A stretch of DNA of 39,910 nucleotides from Parcubacteria group bacterium (GCA_016204005.1 JACQLS010000021.1:1-39910), one strand, 5' to 3'; counted from the first letter of the stretch, positions 29,121 through 37,171 are shown. Notes: generated from the sequence alone by a model not told the origin. Numbers and translations are program-made.

Positions 29121-29301
29121 TTTTTGTCACGGGAGGGGCAGTACGAAGAAATCGTTCCCGCGCGATGATGAGAAGCATGAGGACAGAAATGGAAAGGCCG
29201 AACGCAACGTAAAAAAACGTTTTCCAACCTCCCGGAAAACCTAAGAAAGGCATAAGAAAAGTTCCGATCCCCAATGCAAAAATTATCCAGTGTTTTTCCA
29301 T
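29062..29301 (-). CDS. Small membrane protein (79 aa, two TM helices)
   Basis: MEKHWIIFALGIGTFLMPFLGFPGGWKTFFYVAFGLSISVLMLLIIA. Overlaps the start of the downstream gene by 59 nt, so one of the two starts is uncertain. Confidence 0.45.
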   Translation of the reverse strand: MEKHWIIFALGIGTFLMPFLGFPGGWKTFFYVAFGLSISVLMLLIIARERFLRTAPPVTKSAPRKNISRPTPREEEAPN

Positions 29302-29341
29302 ACAATATTAGGATTAAGATTCCTTTAAGTATACCACAACC

Positions 29342-30025
29342 CTACGCTCCCGACACCACAATAACAAACTCTCCCCTCACTTTATCGGGGTTGGATTCCA
29401 AATACGCCATCACCTCCTTCGCGGTGCCCCGTATCACTTCCTCATGAATCTTCGTCAGCTCTTTGGCTACAACAACAAGGCGATTTTCGGAAAGGTGCTC
29501 CGCGAGCGAGGATAGCGTTTTCATGAGACGGTGGGGAGATTCACAGAAGACGACAGTCCGCTCCTCCTTCGCAATTTCACCGAATAGTGTTTGCCGCCCC
29601 TTTTTGTGTGGCAAAAATCCTAAAAAAAGAAACTCTGACGCCGGTACTCCGGAGATCGAAAGCGCCGCAACAACCGCTGATGGCCCGGGAATGGCAACAA
29701 TGCTTACTTCGTCGCCAAAACGCTCCCGCACCAATGCGACAAGTTTAACCCCGGGGTCCGAAATGGTCGGGGTACCAGCATCTGAAACCAGGGCGAGATT
29801 TTTGCCCTCGCCAAGTAAGGCCAAGATTTTGTCGGTCTTCTTGAGGGTGCTCTGAGCATGATAACTCTCTACCGGGGTCTTTATATCATGCCGCAGAAGT
29901 AGCTTTTTTGTTACACGCGTGTCTTCGCACACTATCAAATCCACTTCCTTAAGTATCCTGAGCGAACGAAGCGTGACATCTTCCAAGTTCCCTATGGGTG
30001 TTCCCACAATGTAAAGCGTTGGCAT
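29342..30025 (-). CDS. rsmI: 16S rRNA (cytidine1402-2'-O)-methyltransferase
   Basis: MPTLYIVGTPIGNLEDVTLRSLRILKEVDLIVCEDTRVTKKLL is the characteristic RsmI (tetrapyrrole-methylase fold) N-terminus. Confidence 0.85.
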   Translation of the reverse strand: MPTLYIVGTPIGNLEDVTLRSLRILKEVDLIVCEDTRVTKKLLLRHDIKTPVESYHAQSTLKKTDKILALLGEGKNLALVSDAGTPTISDPGVKLVALVRERFGDEVSIVAIPGPSAVVAALSISGVPASEFLFLGFLPHKKGRQTLFGEIAKEERTVVFCESPHRLMKTLSSLAEHLSENRLVVVAKELTKIHEEVIRGTAKEVMAYLESNPDKVRGEFVIVVSGA

Positions 30026-30027
30026 GA

Positions 30028-31347
30028 TTATGACATTATCAGTTCTTCAGCGATTTTATAAATGTCTCCGGCTCCTATCGTGAACACAACGGTTTCTCGG
30101 CCTGTATTCTGTTTCAGATATTCCCCAACTGATTGAAGGTCTGAAAACCCATGGGCCTGTTTCCCTGTGTGTCCAACTGCTTCAGCAAGCACGTGCGCGT
30201 TTATGCTCGGATCTTCTTCCTCGCGAGCGGCATAAATGGGAGCAATGAGCACTTCATCAGCATCCTCAAAACTCTTGGCAAAATCATTAAAAAGAAGCTT
30301 TGTTCTGCTGTAGAGATGCGGATGGAAAACGGCAATGATGCGTTTGGAGGGAAATTGCGCGCGCGCCGTTTTAAGCGTCGCCTTAATCGCGGTTGGATGA
30401 TGCGCATAGTCGTCATATACAAGAGCACCTCTTGAGGTCTCTCCTTTGTATTCAAATCGTCGCCATGTGCCGACAAAAAAAGAAAGGGCCTCGCGGGCCG
30501 CGCTTTCGGCAATAGGAGTACTCTGTTTCATTTTATTGAACGCCGAGACGGCGCCGAGCGCGGCTTGGGCATTTTTCTTGTTGTGCTCGCCTGGCACATT
30601 GAGAGAGAGCGTGTTCACGTCCATTTTTGCATAATCGATGACAGAAGCGTTGATGTCTCCAACGGCCGACATAACAACCTGGTCGTTCGCGTTGGAAACG
30701 ACAAAACCTCCTTTTGGCACCTTGGACGCAAGTTCATGAAATGCTTGCTTGATATTCTCGAGGTTCTTATAAAAATCGAGGTGGTCTTCCTCAATGTTAG
30801 TGATGACCAAAATGGCGGGATGGAGATGTAGAAAGTGCCGCTTGTGTTCGCACGCTTCAACAATAAAAAGGTCACTCTCTCCCGGTACAAAGTTGCTTCC
30901 GTACTTTTTCAGGAGACTCCCGACAATGACCGTCGGCTTATGTCCTGCGCGGATAAAAATCTCCGCAATCATTCCGGTCGTCGTGGTTTTCCCGTGTGTG
31001 CCCGAAATCGCTATGGTTAATTTCCCTTTTGACACAGTGCCAAGTGTTTCAAAGTAATTAAGGACTGGCACGGAGAGCGTACGCGCACGCATAAGTTCCG
31101 GATTATCCTCGGAAATAGCGGCCGTGTAGACCACCACATCAACATCGGCTGGAACATTACTTTCTCTTTGTTCAAATGAAACCCCAATCCCCTTTCGCTC
31201 CAAAAGCTCCGTCACTGGAGAGGGCTCTCGATCAGAGCCCGTGACAATCGCCCCCTCATGCAAAAAAAGCTGGGCAAGCGCCGACATGCCAATACCACCA
31301 ATACCGATGAAATGGGCCTTTTTAACCTTCTTCACGTCGAAAGACAT
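30028..31347 (-). CDS. murC: UDP-N-acetylmuramate--L-alanine ligase
   Basis: Trimmed to ATG 31347 (MSFDVKKVKKAHFIGIGGIGMSALA). GTHGKTTTTGMI P-loop. The ATG sits 6 nt after a TATACT -10. Confidence 0.9.
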   Translation of the reverse strand: MSFDVKKVKKAHFIGIGGIGMSALAQLFLHEGAIVTGSDREPSPVTELLERKGIGVSFEQRESNVPADVDVVVYTAAISEDNPELMRARTLSVPVLNYFETLGTVSKGKLTIAISGTHGKTTTTGMIAEIFIRAGHKPTVIVGSLLKKYGSNFVPGESDLFIVEACEHKRHFLHLHPAILVITNIEEDHLDFYKNLENIKQAFHELASKVPKGGFVVSNANDQVVMSAVGDINASVIDYAKMDVNTLSLNVPGEHNKKNAQAALGAVSAFNKMKQSTPIAESAAREALSFFVGTWRRFEYKGETSRGALVYDDYAHHPTAIKATLKTARAQFPSKRIIAVFHPHLYSRTKLLFNDFAKSFEDADEVLIAPIYAAREEEDPSINAHVLAEAVGHTGKQAHGFSDLQSVGEYLKQNTGRETVVFTIGAGDIYKIAEELIMS

Positions 31348-31353
31348 GGCTTC

Positions 31354-31404
31354 AGTATAGCGAAACAGATGACTGTTGACAACTATATGTAAAAATGGTA
31401 ACAA
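31354..31404. promoter_or_regulatory. Back-to-back divergent promoters sharing the -35 region: murC TTGTCA-17-TATACT (minus) and TTGACA-17-(TGg)TAACAA (plus)
   Basis: The murC ATG starts 6 nt after its -10. The -35 hexamers overlap at 31376-31382. Confidence 0.6.
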
Positions 31405-31407
31405 ACT

Positions 31408-31833
31408 ATGAGTCCCCTCAAACGACTGGTGCGAACGATGGCAACCAAACTGAACAGACGCGACCAAGCTATCGTCGATTGGTTCAAGAAGAATCGTCCG
31501 GAAGATGCCCCAAACGTCAGGGATGTCCTTTTGGGAGACGACCCTCGTGATCGGGGTGTGCAAGCTCTCGCTGCCTGCGTTTTCGAGGCCGGACGCCAGT
31601 TCCAGAACGAAAACCCTGGCACTACGCCAGGTGACGTCAACTGTTACTTGCACGATGTCCCGCTTCCCGAAAAGCCGAGACCAAAGAAAATTGTCACCCG
31701 CAAGGATGGTGACTACTTCCGCGCGAAGGTCGGCGAAGGAGAGGAGGTCAAAGCCCTAACGGAATCCGGGGCCATTGCCAAACTTATCCAGACCCATCCT
31801 GAACTATTCGGGATTGAGATCGACTTTCAATAG
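31408..31833 (+). CDS. Hypothetical protein (141 aa)
   Basis: Track ORF with TTGACA-17-TAACAA promoter (31376-31404) and an intrinsic terminator (31858-31885). No recognisable motif. Confidence 0.5.
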   Translation: MSPLKRLVRTMATKLNRRDQAIVDWFKKNRPEDAPNVRDVLLGDDPRDRGVQALAACVFEAGRQFQNENPGTTPGDVNCYLHDVPLPEKPRPKKIVTRKDGDYFRAKVGEGEEVKALTESGAIAKLIQTHPELFGIEIDFQ

Positions 31834-31857
31834 ATACAATTGCGAGTACGTTACGGG

Positions 31858-31885
31858 CGGGGGTGTTCTGCACTCCCGTTTTTTT
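31858..31885 (+). terminator. Intrinsic terminator after ORF 31408..31833
   Basis: CGGGGGTG-TTCTG-CACTCCCG followed by T7. Confidence 0.75.
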
Positions 31886-31960
31886 ATTGCCCCGACGTGA
31901 TTGACGACAAAGAAAAAACCGTGTAATAAAGACAGAGAACTTCTACGCGGGTAGCGCTTC

Positions 31961-32779
31961 ATGCGTTACGCAAGACACTCCGGAAACGCCCTGGTTGTGG
32001 TGTGTGGGAAGCGCTCCCTCGACCACCTCACCGGCTTTCGTGTCGGTTGGAATGATCGCTCGGATAAAAACGAGGCACCGCCATTCTTTGGAACGCTCGC
32101 GCAGTTCGCACGTTCCCAAAGCTGGATTACGCCGCACATTCTCGCCCCCGACATCACCGCCTTTACTGGAAATGTTGTCTCCGAAGCTGACCTGGACCGA
32201 TGCTTTTACGCAAAGGGTGTGAGTATCTACTGGGGATGCGCCGCTGATGGGGTCACTATTCCTCCGGGGTATACTGCATTTTTCCCAACAGGCGACTGTC
32301 CAACAATCGTCGCCCATCACTACCCATCGCAGAAGCTAATTGCCGCACATGCAGGACTTAAATCACTTCTTCCAGAAGGGAAGGTTGTGAAGAATGTCCT
32401 CGCCTCGTTTGATGCAAAGATCCCCAGAGAAGAAATCTTCGTGCACGTTATTTGTTCTATCGCACCGACGCACTTTGTATACTCACCGCACCACCCACTC
32501 TACGGTGAGGGGAACAGAAAGATCTTGGATGAGATCCGCGCAATAGACAAACGATCGGCAAGCGATGAGGGTGAGATCAATCTCTATCGCCTCATCCATT
32601 CGCTGTTACGCCAAAACGGAGTGCCCGCCCAAAACATAGACACGGACGGGCTCGATACATTTAGTGACGCTGATCTTTGGAGTCACGTGCGAGGAGAACA
32701 AGGACGCAACGGTATTTTTGTCATCAATAAAAAGCCTAGAGACGCCTCGGATAGCGACCGAGGCTTTTGTTTTTCTTAG
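31961..32779 (+). CDS. Divergent YfiH/PgeF-like (DUF152, laccase-domain) protein
   Basis: TGDCPTIVAHHYPSQKLIAAHAGLKSL compares with ADC-P...AA-HAGWRG. The C-terminal NLYRLIHSLLRQNGVPAQNIDTDGLDTFSDADLWSHVRGE compares with the YfiH C-terminus. It sits between murC and murD. Confidence 0.55.
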   Translation: MRYARHSGNALVVVCGKRSLDHLTGFRVGWNDRSDKNEAPPFFGTLAQFARSQSWITPHILAPDITAFTGNVVSEADLDRCFYAKGVSIYWGCAADGVTIPPGYTAFFPTGDCPTIVAHHYPSQKLIAAHAGLKSLLPEGKVVKNVLASFDAKIPREEIFVHVICSIAPTHFVYSPHHPLYGEGNRKILDEIRAIDKRSASDEGEINLYRLIHSLLRQNGVPAQNIDTDGLDTFSDADLWSHVRGEQGRNGIFVINKKPRDASDSDRGFCFS

Positions 32780-32793
32780 AGCCCGCTCACCTC

Positions 32794-34128
32794 TTAAATC
32801 TCGTTGACGAGTTTTGTGAACTGATCCCCGCGGTCATATTCATTCTTGAACAAGCCGAAAGAGGCAAACGCCGGAGAAAAGAGAATCGTATCCCCCCGCT
32901 CCGCTTTTTTCAATGCCATTTCAAGCGCCTCTTTCAAACTGAAAACTTTAATTAGGGTGTAGGTTGCAGGTTCTAGGTGTAACTTTTCTGTGCCAGTACC
33001 AGGAAGTAGCACGACTGTTTTGCAATATGTTGGCAATACTTCCAAAAGACCTCCCATGTCGAGCCCCTTGTCTGCGCCGCCCATAATGAGGATGGTATTG
33101 GGCGCTCCTTTATGAAGCGTCTTTAGCGATGCGAGGGTCGCGTCGGGCGAAGTTGCGTTCGTATCGTTATAGAACTTCAGACCATTTATTTCGCGTAGAA
33201 GCTCGATTCGTCCAGGTAGACCCTTGAACGCTTCGAGTGCTTTTTTTGACACCTCGTCAGAAACACCGAGCGCGCGAACCGCCTCAAGCGCAAGTGATGC
33301 ATTGTAACGGTTGTGGTCGCCCGGGATGGCGAGCTTCCAATGCGTGGGAAGCCCGGCCTCATCTGCGACCACGACCGTTCCGTGGATATCTTTTTTGTAC
33401 TTCTCAATTGCTCCTAAAGCCTGACTCCCAACAATGAGTGTGTCGTCTTGTTTTTGGTAAAGAAAAATGTTCGCCTTGTCTTGAAGATACGCATCCATAT
33501 CCCCTTTGTAGTAATTCATGTGGTCAGGATATAACGTCGCAAACACAGAAATGTTCGGACTTATCTTGCTTTCTCCGAATCCTTGGAGTTGCCACGAATC
33601 GAGCTCAAAGACGCCAATCGATTGGGCTCGTACTTCCTTGAGGAGTGGGAGTGTGGCAACGCCGCGAACATTGCCGCCCAAAAGCACATGCTGCCCCGAT
33701 GCCTTTAGGACATCCGCGATCATATGCGTAATGGTGGACTTACCCCGCGTGCCCGTTACTCCGACGATCGGTATTCCGGCAAGACGCGCGAAGAGCGACG
33801 CGCTCATCTCTATGGGGATGTTGCGCTTCCTTGCTTCATCAATATACGGAGAATGAGATGGCACCCCTGCCCCGCGCAAGATAAAATCCTTGTCTTGAAA
33901 ATCTTCCAGGCGATGTTCCCCGAGAACAAAGGATACGTTCGGGAAGTGTTTGAGCTTGTCTGTTGATTCTCTAAGATCTTCCTCCGACTTGAGATCGGTC
34001 ACCACGAGTGAGGCTCCGCACTCAGCTAAAAACGCGGCATCACCAACGCCCCGCCCAAGGAGCCCGAGACCAGCTACTGTTATTTTCTTGCCGCGAAATG
34101 GTTCACAAAAATCCCTTTGCATATTCAT
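32794..34128 (-). CDS. murD: UDP-N-acetylmuramoylalanine--D-glutamate ligase
   Basis: KKITVAGLGLLGRG N-terminus, GVTGTRGKSTITHMI P-loop, 444 aa. Confidence 0.9.
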   Translation of the reverse strand: MNMQRDFCEPFRGKKITVAGLGLLGRGVGDAAFLAECGASLVVTDLKSEEDLRESTDKLKHFPNVSFVLGEHRLEDFQDKDFILRGAGVPSHSPYIDEARKRNIPIEMSASLFARLAGIPIVGVTGTRGKSTITHMIADVLKASGQHVLLGGNVRGVATLPLLKEVRAQSIGVFELDSWQLQGFGESKISPNISVFATLYPDHMNYYKGDMDAYLQDKANIFLYQKQDDTLIVGSQALGAIEKYKKDIHGTVVVADEAGLPTHWKLAIPGDHNRYNASLALEAVRALGVSDEVSKKALEAFKGLPGRIELLREINGLKFYNDTNATSPDATLASLKTLHKGAPNTILIMGGADKGLDMGGLLEVLPTYCKTVVLLPGTGTEKLHLEPATYTLIKVFSLKEALEMALKKAERGDTILFSPAFASFGLFKNEYDRGDQFTKLVNEI

Positions 34129-34189
34129 ATTCTACAACACATATCGGCCTAGATATGTGACAGGTCGCCATGGGTTGATTGAAAAAGAC

Positions 34190-34218
34190 TTGACTTTTCA
34201 GTAGTATTATGATACAAT
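34190..34218 (+). promoter_or_regulatory. Near-consensus promoter TTGACT-17-TACAAT driving the high-GC ORF 34270..35052
   Basis: Hexamers at 34190-34195 and 34213-34218. The leader contains hairpin GCTCCC-N7-GGGAGC. Confidence 0.6.
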
Positions 34219-34269
34219 AATAAAGGTACCAACGCTCCCTTATGCGGGGAGCCCTTCGGAGGAACGCAC

Positions 34270-35052
34270 ATGAACATGTTGATGAAGCAGCTGATGGTTC
34301 AGTGGTTCGCGTACCGCCTCGCTTGCGGCCCAAACTGCGAGTGCGCCGCGGAAACCTTGCGGCACCTCGAACTGCTCGCACGGCTTGAGCAGGTCAAGCG
34401 TCGAGCCCAGGAACAGCAGCGCCGCAACCAGATGGTCGCAGTCGCCGGACGCTTGAGCCCCGCGATGGCGTTCATTGTCGAGAGCACCTTGGCACAGGCA
34501 TCGATCGACAGCGAGGTCGCCGAGGTCACGTTCAAGGCCACGTCGATCAGCTCGACCGGCATCTCGATGGCGACGGTTACGATCGACCCCGACGGCTACT
34601 CGGCGGAGTCGGTCTCGCTCGAGGTCAGCGTCGACCACGAAGATGTGGTCCACGGCGACGGCTTCACCATGCACCCCGTGGACGACTGGCACATCCCGGG
34701 CGGACACCTTGACGATGGGATCTCCACCGAAGCGGCGATGCGCGAAGCTCTGGCGGAGGCCAACTTGGCAATCGTCGGCGGCGGATCGCTTCGTGACGTG
34801 GGTGACCAGTGGGAACGGAGAATGGCAGACCTTCAAGCGAATCTGCCCTTCGCCGACTTCGGGACTCGTCGCAGTTCGAGTTGGGCCCACAGCCACCTCA
34901 CCGAACGGGTCGCCGCCATGAGAAGTCGGAATGGACGGCAGCGTATGCCGCTCAATATCATGGCACTCGAGCCCTCGGTTGAGTCGCGGCGGCCTCCGCA
35001 GCGTTTGCTGGCTTCGCCGCCGGCGACGCTGAGGCTGACATACCAGCCGTAA
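34270..35052 (+). CDS. Hypothetical acidic protein encoded by a high-GC cassette
   Basis: 260-aa ORF. GGAGGAA at 34258-34264 lies 5 nt before the ATG. Very GC-rich third positions (GTC GCC GAG GTC ACG TTC AAG GCC...). A sampled line is 65% GC. The opposite-strand and other-frame ORFs are Arg-rich shadows. Confidence 0.6.
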   Translation: MNMLMKQLMVQWFAYRLACGPNCECAAETLRHLELLARLEQVKRRAQEQQRRNQMVAVAGRLSPAMAFIVESTLAQASIDSEVAEVTFKATSISSTGISMATVTIDPDGYSAESVSLEVSVDHEDVVHGDGFTMHPVDDWHIPGGHLDDGISTEAAMREALAEANLAIVGGGSLRDVGDQWERRMADLQANLPFADFGTRRSSSWAHSHLTERVAAMRSRNGRQRMPLNIMALEPSVESRRPPQRLLASPPATLRLTYQP

Positions 35053-35069
35053 CGGACTGAAGAAAAAAT

Positions 35070-35097
35070 GGCGGGAGCGCATGAGCGCGCTCCCGCC
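35070..35097 (+). terminator. GC-rich 11-bp hairpin after the high-GC ORF (no clear U-tract)
   Basis: GGCGGGAGCGC-N6-GCGCTCCCGCC, then ATTACTATTTT. Confidence 0.5.
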
Positions 35098-35109
35098 ATT
35101 ACTATTTTG

Positions 35110-35135
35110 GGGGAGAAAAATACTCCTCTTTTTTT
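35110..35135 (+). terminator. Second, host-style terminator
   Basis: GGGGAG-AAAAATA-CTCCTC followed by T7. Confidence 0.55.
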
Positions 35136-35153
35136 ATGCTACAATGGCTCATT

Positions 35154-35408
35154 ATGGAATTGGTTACTCTCATCGGCTTTCTGGCAGGCACCTTTACGAC
35201 GATTTCATTCTTGCCGCAAGTTATCAAAATTTGGAAAACAAAGGAGACAAAAAGTATTTCACTTTTAATGTACGTCTCCTTTACCGTGGGTGTCGCTTTG
35301 TGGCTATGTTACGGCATACTGCTTAACGAAGCACCTTTATATGTTGTAAACGGCGTAACTTTGGTACTCACATCTTCGGTCCTCTTCCTCAAGATCAAAT
35401 ACGGCTAG
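35154..35408 (+). CDS. SemiSWEET / PQ-loop sugar transporter (84 aa)
   Basis: Three TM helices with FLPQVIKIWKTK (PQ motif). Start set at ATG 35154, 8 nt after TGcTACAAT. Confidence 0.75.
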   Translation: MELVTLIGFLAGTFTTISFLPQVIKIWKTKETKSISLLMYVSFTVGVALWLCYGILLNEAPLYVVNGVTLVLTSSVLFLKIKYG

Positions 35409-35419
35409 TACTACTAAAA

Positions 35420-35443
35420 AGGCGCGCCCATGGCGTGCCTTTG
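35420..35443. terminator. Bidirectional terminator between SemiSWEET and the small membrane ORF
   Basis: AGGCGCGCC-CAT-GGCGTGCCT flanked by A5 and TTT. Confidence 0.65.
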
Positions 35444-35457
35444 CATTACCTTTGTAA

Positions 35458-35646
35458 TCAACGCGAGAGTGTTAATCCGCCCAAGCGTGTGAGGATGCGA
35501 TCCAACAGTACAAAGGTAAAGCCGAGACCGGAGGCAACAGCAAGCGAAAGGAAAAATGCTTCATCGAGCTGTCCGTTGTGGAGAAACATAAAGATACCGC
35601 TTGAAACTACCGCGCCAAGATACAAGAACGGGAGCAAGACCTTCAT
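35458..35646 (-). CDS. Small membrane protein (62 aa)
   Basis: MKVLLPFLYLGAVVSSGIFMFLHNG...LAVASGLGFTFVLL. Flanked by two bidirectional terminators. Confidence 0.45.
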   Translation of the reverse strand: MKVLLPFLYLGAVVSSGIFMFLHNGQLDEAFFLSLAVASGLGFTFVLLDRILTRLGGLTLSR

Positions 35647-35701
35647 TTTCACAACCCCGTATTTATTCTTTCCACATACTACAGGCGATCAAGAAGAAGT
35701 C

Positions 35702-35743
35702 AAAAAACACTCCAATGATCTTGAGATTGTTGGAGTGTTTTTT
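35702..35743. terminator. Bidirectional terminator downstream of the peroxiredoxin gene
   Basis: A6-ACACTCCAA-N14-TTGGAGTGT-T6. Confidence 0.7.
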
Positions 35744-35761
35744 GATCCGCGAGAAAGATAT

Positions 35762-36307
35762 CTACTGCGCTGATTTTAAATACTTAAGCATCGTGTCTGC
35801 GCCACTCACTTCAAAAGGGTCTTGGGGGCTGTTATCCATAAATCCCGGCTCTATGAACGCCTTTTTGATTTCGCCATCTTCGACATAAGCACTATAGCGC
35901 CATGAACGAGCGCCAAAGCCGAGGTTATCCTTGCGCACGAGCATGCCCATTTTTTCGGTGAATTCACCCGATCCGTCAGGGATGAGCCGCACCTTTTTAA
36001 AACCAAGCTTTTTGCCCCACGCATTCATTACGAATGTATCATTCACTGAAAGGCAGAAGACATCATCAATGCCAAGTTTCTTAAATTCGTCGTAATGATC
36101 TTCGTATCCGGGGAGGTGCCTTGAATCACATGTCGGCGTGAATGCTCCCGGCAATGCAAAGAGCACCACTTTCTTGCCCCTGAAAAGATCGCCTGTAGTG
36201 ATGTTCTGCCAATCACGCGCGTCATCTCCGCAAACATTTTCATCACTCACCCGAGTGCGAAACATCACATCGGGAACATGCTTTGGTAATTGCGGTGTTT
36301 TAGTCAT
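35762..36307 (-). CDS. Peroxiredoxin (Prx5-type, AhpC/TSA family)
   Basis: KVVLFALPGAFTPTCDSRHLPGY contains the peroxidatic PGAFTPTC motif. Confidence 0.85.
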   Translation of the reverse strand: MTKTPQLPKHVPDVMFRTRVSDENVCGDDARDWQNITTGDLFRGKKVVLFALPGAFTPTCDSRHLPGYEDHYDEFKKLGIDDVFCLSVNDTFVMNAWGKKLGFKKVRLIPDGSGEFTEKMGMLVRKDNLGFGARSWRYSAYVEDGEIKKAFIEPGFMDNSPQDPFEVSGADTMLKYLKSAQ

Positions 36308-36344
36308 GCTTTTTTATATTCTTGATTATGAATAATGTTACAAA

Positions 36345-36426
36345 TGGGCGTGGAGAGATTCGAACTCTCAACCCTTGCGGGATACGCTTCTGAAGCGTAC
36401 GCGTATGCCAGTTCCGCCACACGCCC
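36345..36426 (-). tRNA. tRNA-Leu (anticodon CAG), class II with long variable arm, CCA not encoded
   Basis: Minus strand GGGCGTG-TG-GCGGAACTGGCATACGCG-TACGC-TTCAGAA-GCGTA-TCCCGCAAGGGTT-GAGAG-TTCGAAT-CTCTC-CACGCCC-A. All stems pair. TTGCCT-17-TATTCT promoter just upstream. Confidence 0.9.
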
Positions 36427-36482
36427 AAAGATATTTAAAGAATAGAGGAACCCAAAAGGAAAGGCAATTCTATATATAGCGA

Positions 36483-36527
36483 GAGCCCCAAGCGGAGACG
36501 CGTTAGAACGCGTTCCGCAAGGGGCTC
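36483..36527 (-). terminator. Long GC-rich imperfect hairpin after the high-GC two-gene cassette (no U-tract)
   Basis: GAGCCCC-AA-GCGGA-G-ACGCGT-TAG-A-ACGCGT-TCCGC-AA-GGGGCTC. Confidence 0.45.
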
Positions 36528-36550
36528 CATTGCGACGTGGCCGACTGACG

Positions 36551-36724
36551 TTAGTGGCGTGCGCCGCATGCAGACGCACGCGAACGCCGATCTGCCTCGG
36601 CCATGCAGACGCCCATGAAGATACTCAAGAGCGCGACGCACACGCCGAGCATGATGACGATCGGGTCGGTGGCGGTGTAGATGAGCGCGAGGAACTGAGC
36701 GAAACCGGTGATGAATTCGATCAT
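36551..36724 (-). CDS. Small membrane protein (57 aa) of high-GC cassette
   Basis: Below the track cutoff. My own translation is MIEFITGFAQFLALIYTATDPIVIMLGVCVALLSIFMGVCMAEADRRSRASACGARH. AAGGAG at 36731-36736 lies 6 nt before the ATG. Confidence 0.5.
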   Translation of the reverse strand: MIEFITGFAQFLALIYTATDPIVIMLGVCVALLSIFMGVCMAEADRRSRASACGARH

Positions 36725-36755
36725 TGTGGTCTCCTTGGTCTTGGGGGTTGGGAGT

Positions 36756-37064
36756 CTAGCCGACTTCAGGTCGGCCGATGCGCCAGTTGGCGCGAATCCA
36801 GTCGGCGAACCGTTTCGGCCAATTGATCATCCATACGGCCTGCGCAAAACAGCAGAGCGAGATGATGATCAAGATGGTCAAGGCGACTACTTGAGTCGTC
36901 GTCGGGGGCGCTAGGTTCAGGATTGAGATGTTGACGAACACCACAGTGAGCCCACCCAACACAAACCAGTAACCGCGTGTAGTGGGACCATGAGCAAAGC
37001 CTCGCGGGGCCAGAAGGGCTAACACGGCACCCACAAGAGCGAGCGCCACGAGCACGTTCGCCAT
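36756..37064 (-). CDS. Membrane protein (102 aa, about 3 TM) of high-GC cassette
   Basis: Start set at ATG 37064 (MANVLVALALVGAVL...), preceded by AAGGAGG at 37073-37079 with an 8-nt spacer. Sampled lines are about 58% GC. Confidence 0.6.
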   Translation of the reverse strand: MANVLVALALVGAVLALLAPRGFAHGPTTRGYWFVLGGLTVVFVNISILNLAPPTTTQVVALTILIIISLCCFAQAVWMINWPKRFADWIRANWRIGRPEVG

Positions 37065-37142
37065 GCTTTCTTCCTCCTTCAAGGTACTTCTCCACGGCCC
37101 AATGCCGTAGAGGGTCTCGGTTCCTTAACCGATTATGCTTTA

Positions 37143-37171
37143 ATTATATCATATTTCACATATTAAGTCAA
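37143..37171 (-). promoter_or_regulatory. Consensus promoter TTGACT-17-TATAAT driving the two-gene high-GC membrane-protein cassette
   Basis: Reverse complement of 37166-37171 is TTGACT and of 37143-37148 is TATAAT. The spacer is exactly 17 nt. Confidence 0.65.

Noticed and set aside
34240-35099. Minus-strand 280-aa ORF and other overlapping ORFs in the high-GC cassette
   Set aside because: These are Arg/Pro-rich shadow frames typical of high-GC DNA. Only the plus-strand 34270..35052 frame has an SD, a promoter and a natural amino-acid composition.
36304-36641. ORFs 36304..36579(-) and 36435..36641(-)
   Set aside because: They read through tRNA-Leu and its promoter/terminator region and have Arg-rich, non-protein-like composition.
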